A stretch of 64,000 bases of DNA from Octopus sinensis (lineage: Eukaryota). The stretch covers positions 31,930,001-31,994,000 of the forward strand of contig NC_043001.1 in the NCBI RefSeq assembly GCF_006345805.1, given 5' to 3'. Positions 50,325 to 62,190 of this stretch are shown here, piece by piece (the first letter of the stretch is position 1; the number at the start of each line of letters is the position of its first letter). The notes below the pieces were generated by a model. The model was not told the origin of the DNA. It saw only the letters and a list, made by a program, of their open reading frames with translations, and ran no database searches. The translations under genes and the position numbers were made by a program.

Positions 50325-52445
50325 TTTTCTCCCTCTGTGTGTATGTATGTGTGTGTATCATACATACATATACATACTTATACTCATGTACATGCTATAA
50401 ATCATAATCATATACATACATAGCTCGAAATATTTCTGTATGCATTTATACACATATAGCGGACATTCTCGCATTTTTTTTCCCCTAAATTAACTTCTAC
50501 GACCCCAAAACCCACCTCAAAGCCACGGCAGAGCTAACGCCAACATGAGCGACTTTCCGTGACCCCGAATAAGAAAAAGGACCATTTTTCTATACAACAC
50601 AGTTTATTATATAACACCTGGGAATTAAAAAAACTTCGTCACCCGGTTTAACATAACCAGCTGGCACCTAGAGTGCCTTTAGTGGGCCCCACTCTGTTGC
50701 AAGCATTCGGGCCTGGTCTCTGATCTGAAGATACCTGCCTCACTTCCTCCTTGGGGATCCGATAAACGGTCAACTTTTTCATCCGACCAAATGTGTGGTT
50801 TTCAACCAGAATCCATATGGCCCTTTGGGTGGGGTCATATAAGATTTTGCCGTCAAAATTAATGAGCAATAGAGCGAGATTCTTATGCTTCTAATATACA
50901 CAAAATATTTTAACAACATTTTCTACAATTTCTGATAATATTTAATGATAAAAATATAGTAGGATTTTTTTATGCATTGAATGGCTATGGAGGTCCAGTA
51001 GAATAAAACAGGAATCAAAGAGGTTCAAAAACAAAAAAAAGAAAATGGTTGAGACCACTGGACTAAAAGGTTAAAAAACAACAAAAAAATATAAAAAAAA
51101 TAAACAAAACAGCCTAATGTTATTTTTGCATTAATATCCTTAAAAATTAACATTAGCGAAAATGAATTTAGAAAAACGGAATATCACGATAAAAAGAATT
51201 TTCTAAACCTAAAAGCAATTTTCATTTTCGAATCTCCAAATTTGCATCTCCGAGAATTCTGATATTCTCCTTCCCCCACCCTACTAGGTGTGTGTGTATG
51301 TGTGTGGGGGGTGGGGGTGGATGGGGGGTGGAGGAGGCGGAATGAAGTTTTCCAAGGTTAAGAATTTTTGCGGTCTCAGATATATGATACCCGACAAAAA
51401 AAATATAAGACGAGTTGGTCATGGCTGGCGCATCTTTGATTACAATCCTGCTCATTCAAAGATGGCTTGGGGCTAAACAACAACGGCTAGCAAGGGAACT
51501 TTTACATGATTGCTGACTATGCTGGAAGCAGTAGCCAAATCACTTTCTGCCGTTTAGAAGAAGGAAAAAAAAAGAAGAAAAAAAATAGGGAACGGATATT
51601 GGGTAGTGTAGATAAACGACTAGGAAGAAACAAATCAAACGGGATAGTCACGGTTGGGACAGCTTTGATCATAGCTCTGCACAAATATGTCTGACCTGTA
51701 GCTAAACATCATCATCGTCACCACCACCACCACGACCACCACCATCATCAACAACAACAATAGCAGCAGCAGCAGCAGCAGCACAAACTGTTACCAACGA
51801 AGAAACATCAACACAGAGGATCTACCTGTTAGAAATAGCACTGAAATATCCCGCAAATCGCTTCGTTATTATCCTAAAAAAAGAAATGAAAAATAAATAA
51901 ATAAATAAATGGAGGAAAAATAGTTTAGTCCTACACTCGTCATTTTTTCAAAAAAAAAAAAGCTGGTTGGTCACGTCTGGAACATCCGAACAAGACTAAC
52001 CTGGGGCCCATCAGCTACGACAACCAAACACACACCCACATATATATTCTCACACATATTTAGATAATGTACATACACACACACACACGCACACACACAC
52101 ACACACACACAGTCATAGTTGGATGTGAGCAAACACACACACACGCACACACACACAACCACGCACACATACACACACTTACAGACACACCTTACACCTC
52201 CTCCCACGTCTCACCTTACAGCTGCCACTTTCTCTCAAGTACATCCACACTTTGCTCGCTCGCTTGCCTCATATTTATTTATTTGTTGATTTATTTACTT
52301 GCTTATTTATATTTTTGTTGATTTGTCTTCGTTTATGCATTTATTTTCTTAGTGTTTCTAACTTTTGACAATATTAGCAATGTTATTGTGACGAGAATAA
52401 TTCCAGGAGACAATTAAAATCTCAAAAACGTCTGGAGAAAAAAAT

Positions 52446-52478
<33 letters not shown>

Positions 52479-52504
52479 ATAAACAACAAAAAGAAAAACA
52501 ATAA

Positions 52505-53437
52505 CAACAACAACTAGAGATTCCTTCACTGGCTTACCATCCGAACCAGTTAGGTTGCTCCTCGGCTTACCAGAAATAGTAACCAAACCTCCCTCAAAGC
52601 ACGCACTACCGCGTGTTTTTTTAATGAGGAAAGAACAGATTTGAGAATGTAATATCCAATAATAAACCTAAACAAACAAACAAACAAAAGATGCGATTAG
52701 ATGGGATGGTCACGGGGCTGGAACGCCTTTGAATTATAGGCGTTCTTCTATCAGGTCTAATTCGAACCTCACATATATATATATATATATATAAAAACGC
52801 GAATAAAAATAACAATAAAAATTGTAAAATATAAACAAAAAGCCTAAACGAAAGGAAAAAAAATACAATATATATGACCAAAAAAAAAAGACACAAGAAA
52901 AATAAAATGAAAAAATATCTGAATAAAATTATATAAATTGTTCGGCCTATGAGTGAATGTCATAAACGTTAGCGGTGTTCGTATAAACGGGTCATCGTGG
53001 TAGTCAGTCTGATGTTGCCTGCAGCACCAGCAACAGCAGAAATTGCAGCAACAGCAGCGGCAGCAGCAGTAACGGAAGATGGAGACGAAGATGGTGATGA
53101 AGGTGATGCGATGGTGGTGTTTTAGAGATGAATGCTGCTGTTGTTGTTGTTATTGTTGTTTGTTGCTGTTGTGAGGTTCGAATTAACCTGATAGAAGAAC
53201 GCCTATAATTCAAAGACGTTCCAGCCCCGTGACCATCCCATCTTATCCCATCTTTTGTTTGTTTGTTTGTTTAGGTTTATTATTGGATTACATTCTCAAA
53301 TCTGTTCTTTCCTCATTAAAAAAAACACACGGTAGTGCGTGCTTTGAGGGAGGTTTGGTTACTATTTCTGGTAGGGCGAGGAACAACCTAACTGGTTCGG
53401 ATGGTGAGCCTGTGAAGGAATCTCTATTTGTTGTTGT
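52505..53437. repeat. Inverted repeat, two ~270-bp arms (52505-52773; 53170-53437), ~95% identical, 396-bp spacer
   Basis: Manual alignment gives about 14 differences over ~270 bp. Confidence 0.92.
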
Positions 53438-53532
53438 TTTTTTTGTTGTTTTAGATGTTGGCATCCTTTTTGTCTCAGGAGACAATGGAGTTGCGCATAA
53501 AATAATCTAGTCCGGTTTTTACATTTCATGTC

Positions 53533-53625
53533 CTAAATACATCTCCTGCTGTGGCGGTGTAGTCCTATCCTGGACAAACATTCCCTCTGGCAGGTGCCGC
53601 AAATGTAGCGAAGACTGTTCCTGAC
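53533..53625 (-). pseudogene. RTE-clade LINE ORF2 C-terminal zinc-finger relic
   Basis: VRNSLRYICGTCQRECLSRIGLHRHSRRCI* matches the RTE terminal C..C.R.C.SRIGL.SH motif. Confidence 0.8.
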
Positions 53626-54168
53626 TGGTTGTAATGTCATAGTTTCTTGTTGACTAAAACAACATGGATATTGGCGACGTACCGTAAAAGAGGGAACACA
53701 AAGGAGTCACAGAGGGAGAGAGGAGAAATGGAAAGACAAGAAAAGACGCCAACAAGAAACTATGTTGTTTAATTTCAGTTCAGCCCTGGTCTAACATACC
53801 CATTACGAAAGCGATCCAACTGTGACCAGCCTGTCTTTTCCTTGTACAGATAACCAAGACCACATTACAACGATCCCAATTCTTTGACATTAAGCATATC
53901 AAGACTATGATATACGTCTTATTTCGAGCAGATCATATGAGCCCGTATAGACCCTATCCTTGGTTGGTTATGTAGCTGTGATAGTATAGGTGCTATCAGT
54001 GGTTGTTGCTATCCTTAATAAATTTCATTAAGCACTCTGAAAGCCCTAGAGATCTTAAATCCATATTCGACATTTCCTGACATTCACAATCCCATTTTCA
54101 AGAATTTATATATATTTGGCGTGTGCTTTGTTTCTTATATACTATCTCAATTTGCGCAGACCCTCTCC

Positions 54169-54244
<76 letters not shown>

Positions 54245-54480
54245 TTACCTATCTATCTGTCTGTCTGTTTGTCTGTCTGCCTGCCTGCCTGCCTGTCTGT
54301 CTGATGTATGCATGCATCTATCTATCTATAGACGTGGGTGTGTAAGAAGTTTGTTTTCAAATACACACATATTTACATATATGTAAACACACATATATAT
54401 AATACATTATATATATGTATATATATAAATGTATATATATATATATATATATCTACGCCTCTCTCTCTCTCTCACTGTAT

Positions 54481-54544
<64 letters not shown>

Positions 54545-54743
54545 CGAGTGAGTGGACAAACGAAAGAAAGGCACTCAACAAATTTATTGGGAATGACATG
54601 TATGGACGAAAAAATTTTGATTCAAGGTCCTTCGTAGCCAGAGTTTCAAGTATGTGCTAGTCTTCGCCCATTGAATCTGGTCGAAGACTAGTGACACGCT
54701 TGAAACTCAGCGTGGCAAGGTCTCTGAATCTAACTGTTTTAAT

Positions 54744-54809
<66 letters not shown>

Positions 54810-54810
54810 G

Positions 54811-54843
<33 letters not shown>

Positions 54844-54844
54844 A

Positions 54845-56089
54845 TAGGATCATCCCATAAATAATGTGGTTTTTTTCAATTGCATGAACTAAAAGTCGGA
54901 GGGGAACGGGATAAACTACCTGCATGAGCTTGCTATTAAAGCAGGGAGTAATCTTGCCTTGTCCTTATTCTTAGTGAAAGTTTTGAACAGTGCAATCCGA
55001 TTTTAACAGTTATTTTTTCAAAGGTATAATGGAAGTGACAAAGGAGCACACTCAATAAAGGCAACAGCGCAACAGAAATGTATATGGGGATCGGACAATA
55101 AGCGTCAGCCAGTGTCATCGGTGGTTTCAGAAATTCCGATCCAGGAGTTACAGCCTAGAAGACGAGCCTGGTCCTGGAAGATCTGTAGAGCTCGACGAGG
55201 ACGTCCTGAAAACCCTGGTGGAACAATATCCCAATCGTAGCTGTTGAGGAACTAGCAAAGAAGCTTGGATTTGGTCATTCAACCGTTCATCGACACCTAC
55301 GCGCCATCGGAAAAGTCAGAAAACTGGGTCAATGGGTTACTCATAAACTTTCCGGGTCTAGATGCGCGCAGAGAGTGAATGTGTGATTTTCTTTGTTGTA
55401 ACGTTTCACGAATGAACCTTGTTTGGACCGAATAGTGACTGGTGACGTGAAATGAGTTCTCTATGAAAATGTCAAGTGTCGAAGACAGTGGGTAGAGAAA
55501 GAAGAAACACCGGCACCTCAGGTTAAAGAAGGTGTTCACTCACATAAGGTGTTGTTATCTGTTTGGTGGAATATGAAAGGTTTAGTCCACTTTGAACTTT
55601 TAAACCCAAGCCAACCGATAACAAAGATCTACTGCGAGTAGCTTGAGCGGGTTAAGTGAGCGCTAGAAGAAAAGCGACCATCGTTGATTTCAAGACGAAG
55701 GGTGTTCTTCCATCAGGATAATGCTCGGCTAAATGCAGCGAGGATGGCATTCCAAAGCCTGGTGCAGTTTGAATAGGAAACGATGCCCAACCCACTATAT
55801 TCGCTGGACATTGCCCCATCTGATTATCATTTATTTCGCAGTCTTCAAAATCATTTGGATGGAAAAAGTATGAATTCTGTAGATGAAGTTAGAACAGTAT
55901 AGGAGGAGTATTTTTCGTCACGGACAAGTGAATTTTGGAAGAGAGACCTTGTATGTCTACCAGATAGGTGGAGGAGCATTGTAGAAAATGAAGGAGAGTA
56001 TATTTTAGATTAAAAAAGAACTTTGTTTATCTTAATTTTGAAAAATAAAAGAAGTATAAAAGACCGCATTATTTATGAGATGACCGAAT
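54845..56089 (+). mobile_element. Mariner-family DNA transposon, decayed
   Basis: Left TIR TAGGATCATCCCATAAATAATGTGG and right TIR CCGCATTATTTATGAGATGACCGAA are imperfect inverses; both ends lie within microsatellites. Confidence 0.88.
55029..56013 (+). pseudogene. Mariner transposase, disrupted
   Basis: MEVTKEH...QCHRWFQKFRS..SLEDEP.PGRS; LGQWVTHKL (WVPHEL motif); IVTGD; FHQDNAR; YSLDIAPSDYHLFRSLQN (YSPDLAPSD motif); ends EGEYILD*. Confidence 0.92.
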
Positions 56090-56094
56090 GCACA

Positions 56095-56137
<43 letters not shown>

Positions 56138-56850
56138 ACACACACACACACATACACATACACACACACTTTCTGAAAAAAGCATATGTTAAAAGAAAGT
56201 TTTCAGAAATGCATTTTCGGGAGTGTGCATTATGTAATATTGATATTTCAAATATGTAAGTCTCAACTAAGAAAGAGAAGCTGTTAAAGTTACAGAAACT
56301 AGTGGTAACAAATTTCTGGTTGTTGTGAGAGAATGATGCTCCCCTAAAAACTGGTTTCCTAAAGTCCATCAACACGGGAACTGGCTGGTAGCGTGATTAA
56401 GAAGCTCGCTTATTCAATATGCGGTTTGGGGTTCAGTTACATTCCTCGACGCGTTGGGCAAGAGTCTTTACCCAGTGTCTTGTGAATGAATTTGGTTGAT
56501 GGAAATGTTGTGGTAGCCCTTCATGTCTGCATGTGTGTATGTGTGTGTGTTTACTCCTCACTCGCCACTTGACAATCGGCGTTGGCTTGTTTACCTCCCT
56601 GTAAGCTAGTCGTTAGGCGAATGAGACCGATAGAATAGGTATGGGAGTTAAAAATAAGTACTGGTGTCAGTTTGTGACTCCCTTATATGGCCGCATTCCA
56701 ATGACTGTGTTAAGTAAAACATAGAAGATAATTAACTGTAAGCTTTACCACTGGGGAACTAGCTCTGCAATTCTTCATTTAAAACATGTGCATTCTTTAA
56801 AAAAATTATACTGACACAGCTTGGTGGGGTGGGAATCAACTGCAGCTATG

Positions 56851-56883
<33 letters not shown>

Positions 56884-56929
56884 ACAAAGAAATATATACA
56901 CACACATATAAATATATTTATTTGGTATA

Positions 56930-56974
<45 letters not shown>

Positions 56975-57459
56975 GTATATATATTATAATATATATATAT
57001 ATATATATGCATAATCATATGTATGTGTGTATATAGGTATGAATATACATGTACGTTAATATGTATGTACTGTTACTGAATATCTCTCTTTGAGAGATTG
57101 AGAGATAATAATGTTTCTATTTATAAGATCAGTAACTACGTGTCACTTTGAAAATATATACTTTCGAACGGGAATTCAAAAGCCCCATCTAGCCAAGTAG
57201 CTACTCTGTGCTGAGAAAGAGCAATAAACCAGAAACAGGTGCACATATGTTGCTTTGTGCTGGATGGAAGTGCTGTTCGAAAATGTAAGGACACAGATAT
57301 TGTGTCGTATAGCCTGCTGGAAACAACGTTTCCTGGGCTAAACAACAGTAACATTCGTCCCATCCAGGACTGCCACATGTTGGCAAATAGTATATATAAT
57401 ATATATATATACACACATATATCTTAGAGTGTTGGAGTTCGCTTGAAGCATTGAAATAT

Positions 57460-57780
57460 CGAAGAATGTAAAAAGACAGAGAATAGAGAGCTTCTATCAA
57501 TGCGGTAAGTTCAATAAAACCTTGATATATTCCGGGCTCAAAGTCCCATCTGAAGAAGAAAAGAACAGTCTAACAAAAGTCCAGTCATATAGGATCTGTT
57601 AATCCATTCATGAATTACCGGAATGGATTAATTAAATGGATTATCAGATCCTACATAACTGAACTTTTCTTAGTTCTTTCCTTCTGAAGAACGGACTTTG
57701 AGCCCGAAGTATATTAAGGTTTTGTTGAACTTCCCGCATTGTCAGATTGTCAGGAGCTGTTTATTTTCACTATTTATACA

Positions 57781-57785
<5 letters not shown>
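57460..57785. mobile_element. Palindromic element (~80% arm identity) with two divergent degenerate hammerhead motifs (family 4)
   Basis: The core palindrome spans 57498-57741. Plus: CCTT CTGAAGA(57684-90) A CGG ACTTTGAG CCC GAAG TATA TT AAGG. Minus (57559 to 57520): TCTT CTTCAGA T GGG ACTTTGAG CCC GGAA TATA TC AAGG. Confidence 0.75.
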
Positions 57786-57829
<44 letters not shown>

Positions 57830-58079
57830 GTGTATATATTGATTCGTTCCTTTCCCGCTACCGCCATCTGCAGCAGAATACTCACACTCGTGAAGGAGAT
57901 AGTTACCTGCATAATAATATTCAACCTTTAGCAAGAGCGTTCAGGTAAAGCATGTTTAAACCTGTCCATGCTGTGATATTCTCTCTCCATCTCATAGATT
58001 GCCGACCTTGGCGCCTATTTTCATCAATCATGCCTTCCAAACAGATCTCGCTGACACCACTAGCCATTCACTTAGTGTG

Positions 58080-58245
58080 GCCAAGCAGCCCTAATCCGGA
58101 CCTCAACATTACATTTTATGGTAAACCAGTAATGCAAGTTCCTGAATTCATCTACCTCGATCATAAACACCCTTCAACAAACAATGGAATGATAGTTGCG
58201 AACCATAAAATCCCACTTGGCTTGGCAGCATTTGATAAGAACAAA
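58080..58245 (+). pseudogene. RTE-like RT fragment
   Basis: LNITFYGKPVMQVPEFIYL...KIPLGLAAFDK resembles I.G..LE.V..F.YLG...RI..A..AF.K. Confidence 0.55.
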
Positions 58246-58497
58246 AACATACACATACACAAAAATATTCTGTTGGTGTTGTTGGAATTCCAATGAAGGG
58301 GCCTTGGATCTAGGTTAGAAATCAGCTCTTTCTCAATTGGCAAAATATCTTGAAATAAAACTGAATAATGACATACATACATACACACACGCACACATAC
58401 ATATATATATATTCTTTCTTCTTATCATATATATATATAATATATATATATATACATATATATATATAACATATATATATATATACATATATATGTA

Positions 58498-58720
58498 GAG
58501 GCGCAATGGCCTAGTGGTTAGGGCAGCGGACTCGCGGTCGCAGGATCGCGGTTTCGATTCTCAGACTGGGCGTTTGTGTGTTTATTGAGCGAAAACACCT
58601 AAAAGCTCTACGAGGCTCCGGCAGGGGGTGGTGATCCCTGCTGTACTCTTTCACCACAATGGCGGTGCCCCAGCATGGCCACAGCTCAAGAGCTGAAACT
58701 GGAAAAACAAAAACAAAAAA
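58498..58720 (+). mobile_element. SINE-C 5' half fused to a SINE-B tail
   Basis: GAGGCGCAATGGCCTAGTGGTTAGGG...CTGTACTCTTTCACCACAA runs directly into TGGCGGTGCCCCAGCATGGCCACAG. Confidence 0.75.
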
Positions 58721-58951
58721 ACAAAAATATATATATATACATATATATATATTATATATACATATATATATATAACATATATATATCTATATATACTATA
58801 TATATATATATAATACTCTATATATATATACATATATATATATATACACTATATATATATATACATATAGATATATATACATATATATATATATATACAT
58901 ATATTATATATATATATATAACATATATATATATATATACATATATATATA

Positions 58952-58988
<37 letters not shown>

Positions 58989-60160
58989 TTGTTTTTGATA
59001 TAATAAAAACAGTCTTACATTGAATTGAATGATAACTCATAGCATCCATTATTCTTTAACAAGAATAGTATTGACAGTATTGGTCAGCTAAGCTATCATC
59101 GGACTGTAACTCATTTTCGTCGTAGAGCACGCTTAAATCCCGTGACCTGGCAGTTCCGGCTCCCAGAGTAGTCAATTCTCATGTGCCAGCGATATAAATG
59201 TGTGCTTTTCTGCTCCATGCGCTCATATGCGAGGTACTCTGAAGGTAAATAACGCAGTACTCGGCACTCTACCAGTACATGCATGTTAAGTTGTGCATAC
59301 AGACACACACATATATATATGTATATGTGCGTGTGTGTAGGTGTGTGAAAGAAAAAGAATGGGTAAGACAGAAAGAGAAGGAGAAAAAAAAAAAGAGCCG
59401 CTCTGACGGTCACATTTTCATAAATAATATATATGGATAAAATCAGGAGGTTTGAGAGGAGAAAAATATGTTTATATTTATTTGTTTAGCCGCTTGACGT
59501 CCATAAGGTTACGGCCGTTTCGCAACATTTTTTATGGAGAACAAATTTCTGCGCGCAAGAAAATATGCGTATGTGTTTGTATTTAAATGCATGCTCAACA
59601 TTATGCATAAGTTTTGCGGAGAAAATATTCTCTCTCTCATTGTAAAAGGTGTAAAAAGAATGGTAATTGCAGTGAATTTGACTTTAGGAATTCAAGTAAG
59701 TCAAGAACATACTTTGAATAATCTAAAGTTCATTGTTTCGTTATCACTTCTTGGATCTGATGCTGTTGTAGTTACCCAAATGAAGGGGTAGAAAAGCGCA
59801 TCTCAGTCACTGATGTTGGCTGCCTTTTAATGAAAGCTTCGGCTTTGAATTTACTTCGGGTTATCTTACTTCGGTATTTCCCATTGAGGAAAGCTAAATA
59901 GTAACAGCCGTCTGGGAATCCGGTAGAGGGAAGCACTGGGCAGATACAGTGATTTTACACTTTTTACTATAGGATAACATTCATTTTACTCTACTGTAAC
60001 TGCACTAAATTTGCCTTCGCAACCAAATGGTTCCGTGTTCAGTCCCACTGTGTGGCATCTTGGACAAGTGTCTTCTACTATAACCTCGGGCCGACCTAAG
60101 CCTTGTGAGTGGATTTGGTGGACGGAAACTAAAAGAAGCCCGTTGTATATATATATACAT

Positions 60161-60214
<54 letters not shown>

Positions 60215-60694
60215 CAAAAACAAAATGGGACAAGAACGCAACACATCCGGACAACTAGGTGATACAAAAAGGGACAAGAAAACATCCAGCTACAGTGAAT
60301 TCAGATTCATCCGAGAGTAAATCAAAATTCCATAAATACTTGATATTCAATTTTATTTATTTATTCCAATTATGAATGTTTAATAATTGAATGCTGTTTT
60401 CTTTTTTTACAATATTCGTCTATTTATAAGACCGATAGAATAAATACTAAGCTTACAAAGAATAACTTCTGAGGTTGATTTCTTCTACTACAATACTTGA
60501 AGGTAGTGCTCCAGCGTAGCCGCAGTCAAGTAACCGACACAAATAAAAGAATAAAAGAATACAAGAATATGTGTGTGTGTGTGTGTATTACCATATCGAC
60601 CAGACTATCGGATGTTGTACATCACTCACCACAATGCGCTTCGTGGAGTGGCGTCATTCGAAAGCTAAAACAAAGCAAAGCGGATTGTGACTGC

Positions 60695-60723
<29 letters not shown>

Positions 60724-60730
<7 letters not shown>

Positions 60731-60969
60731 AATATTAGGGAATAAATCCAAATTTACAGGGAAAAAATCAGATTTAGGATTAAATCCATTTTATAGTAAA
60801 ATATTATAAAATATTATTAGAGACAAAACCACTATTTTGCAAAACAACAAGGAAAGACTTAAAACAATTGTAGTGGCAGTTTTTTTTACTATTTATTAAA
60901 ATTTATGTATTGATTAAGTCTTTCCTTGTTTGTTTTGCAAAATAGTGGTTTTGTCTCTAATAATATTTT
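60724..60969. mobile_element. Fold-back element between (TA)n tracts with ~55-bp inverted arms
   Basis: Arms 60808-60862 and 60914-60969 are near-perfect inverses; the spacer begins AAACAATTGTAGTGG. Confidence 0.85.
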
Positions 60970-61624
60970 ATATATATATATATATATATAATCAACGTGA
61001 CCGTCATAACCTCTGTCTCTCTCTCTCGCTCGCTCTCTCTTTCACTCGCACTCTCCCCACCGTGTCCTTACTAGTATTTTCACCTCTCACACCAGTTCCT
61101 CGCATCCTCATATTTTCCCGCGAATAATCACTAACACTCTCACTACTACATGTACTCTTACTACCACCATGACCACTTTACACTATGAACTGAGATTGTA
61201 ACTATCGCTATTAACCCGGCGCTCAATCTGCCCGATATAGCAGACAAATTTGTCTCCAGCCAGGCCTATCTTCCTTAATAAAATGGAATTGGATAATGAA
61301 ACCCCAATAAATAAATAAATAAATAAAGAAAGAAAAAAAATTATGAGGTGGTCATGGCTTGAATGTCTTTGTTCATAGTTGTTTTGGGGTTTAAGTAACG
61401 ACCTAGGTTTAAATAACAATGAACACCATTTTTTCAACCACTATCAGTAACCCCCAATCCCCTATCATCGCCATGAGATAGCGAGGGAAGGCGTCGATGT
61501 GGTCGTCTGATCTGTTAGAAATATCGGCCAAATTTCCTTTAAATTTCTGTGTACTATTGGTAGAAATATATCAAAGGTTCCCACTCAAATCGGAACTGAG
61601 TGGATAAGGAGGTAAACAAATGGG

Positions 61625-61869
61625 TACTACTTAAGAAGAGTGGTCCCAGTGCGCGCACTCCCGTACTCGCGCATCTGCGCTAGATAGTGGTGACTAGTCG
61701 ATCCTTACTTTGTGTTGTGTGTTTTATTTACTTTGTTTTAAAAAATTATTTATTTTGTGTTTTAATTTCTTTGCTAGGTAGTCGTTGTAGGATCGACTAG
61801 TCACAACTAGCTAGCGCGGATGCTCGAGTACGCGAGTGCGCGCACCGGGACCACTCTTCTTAAGTAGTA
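61625..61869. mobile_element. CpG-rich MITE, 245 bp, ~81-bp TIRs
   Basis: Left TACTACTTAAGAAGAGTGGTCCCAGTGCGCGCACTC...GACTAGTCGATCCT; the right arm is its reverse complement with ~7 mismatches; the spacer is T-rich. Confidence 0.88.
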
Positions 61870-61879
61870 ACAACAAATT

Positions 61880-62190
61880 GCAGCAACAACAATTACAAGA
61901 AATATAACAACAACAATAAGAATAACGACGACAGCAACAACAACCACTACAATATCAATAACAATAACGATTGTAGCAACGAAAGACGAACGATAACGTA
62001 AAAAATCAGCAACATACAACAATTGGAATAAGAACGTCAATAACAAAATACAACAACAACAACAATAACAACAATAACAAAAACAGAAATAATTATAACA
62101 ACAACAACAACAACGTCGACAACATCCACGACGACGACGACGACCACCACCACGACCACCACTACCGCCACCACTACCACCCACTACCCC
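61880..62190. repeat. Compound trinucleotide repeat (CAA/TAA/CGA/CCA)n
   Basis: Direct inspection; source of the low-complexity 187-aa minus-strand ORF. Confidence 0.9.

Noticed and set aside
50648-50869. 73-aa ORF; an alternative frame contains HIWSDEK, like a Tc1/mariner catalytic motif
   Set aside because: Flanking residues do not continue the transposase pattern and no TIRs were seen.
51047-51060. hAT-like terminus (minus strand CAGTGGTCTCAACC)
   Set aside because: It is a single 14-bp match with no partner TIR or TSD.
59127-59245. Segment bounded by an AG acceptor and a GAAG|GTAAAT donor
   Set aside because: It has stop codons in all three frames.
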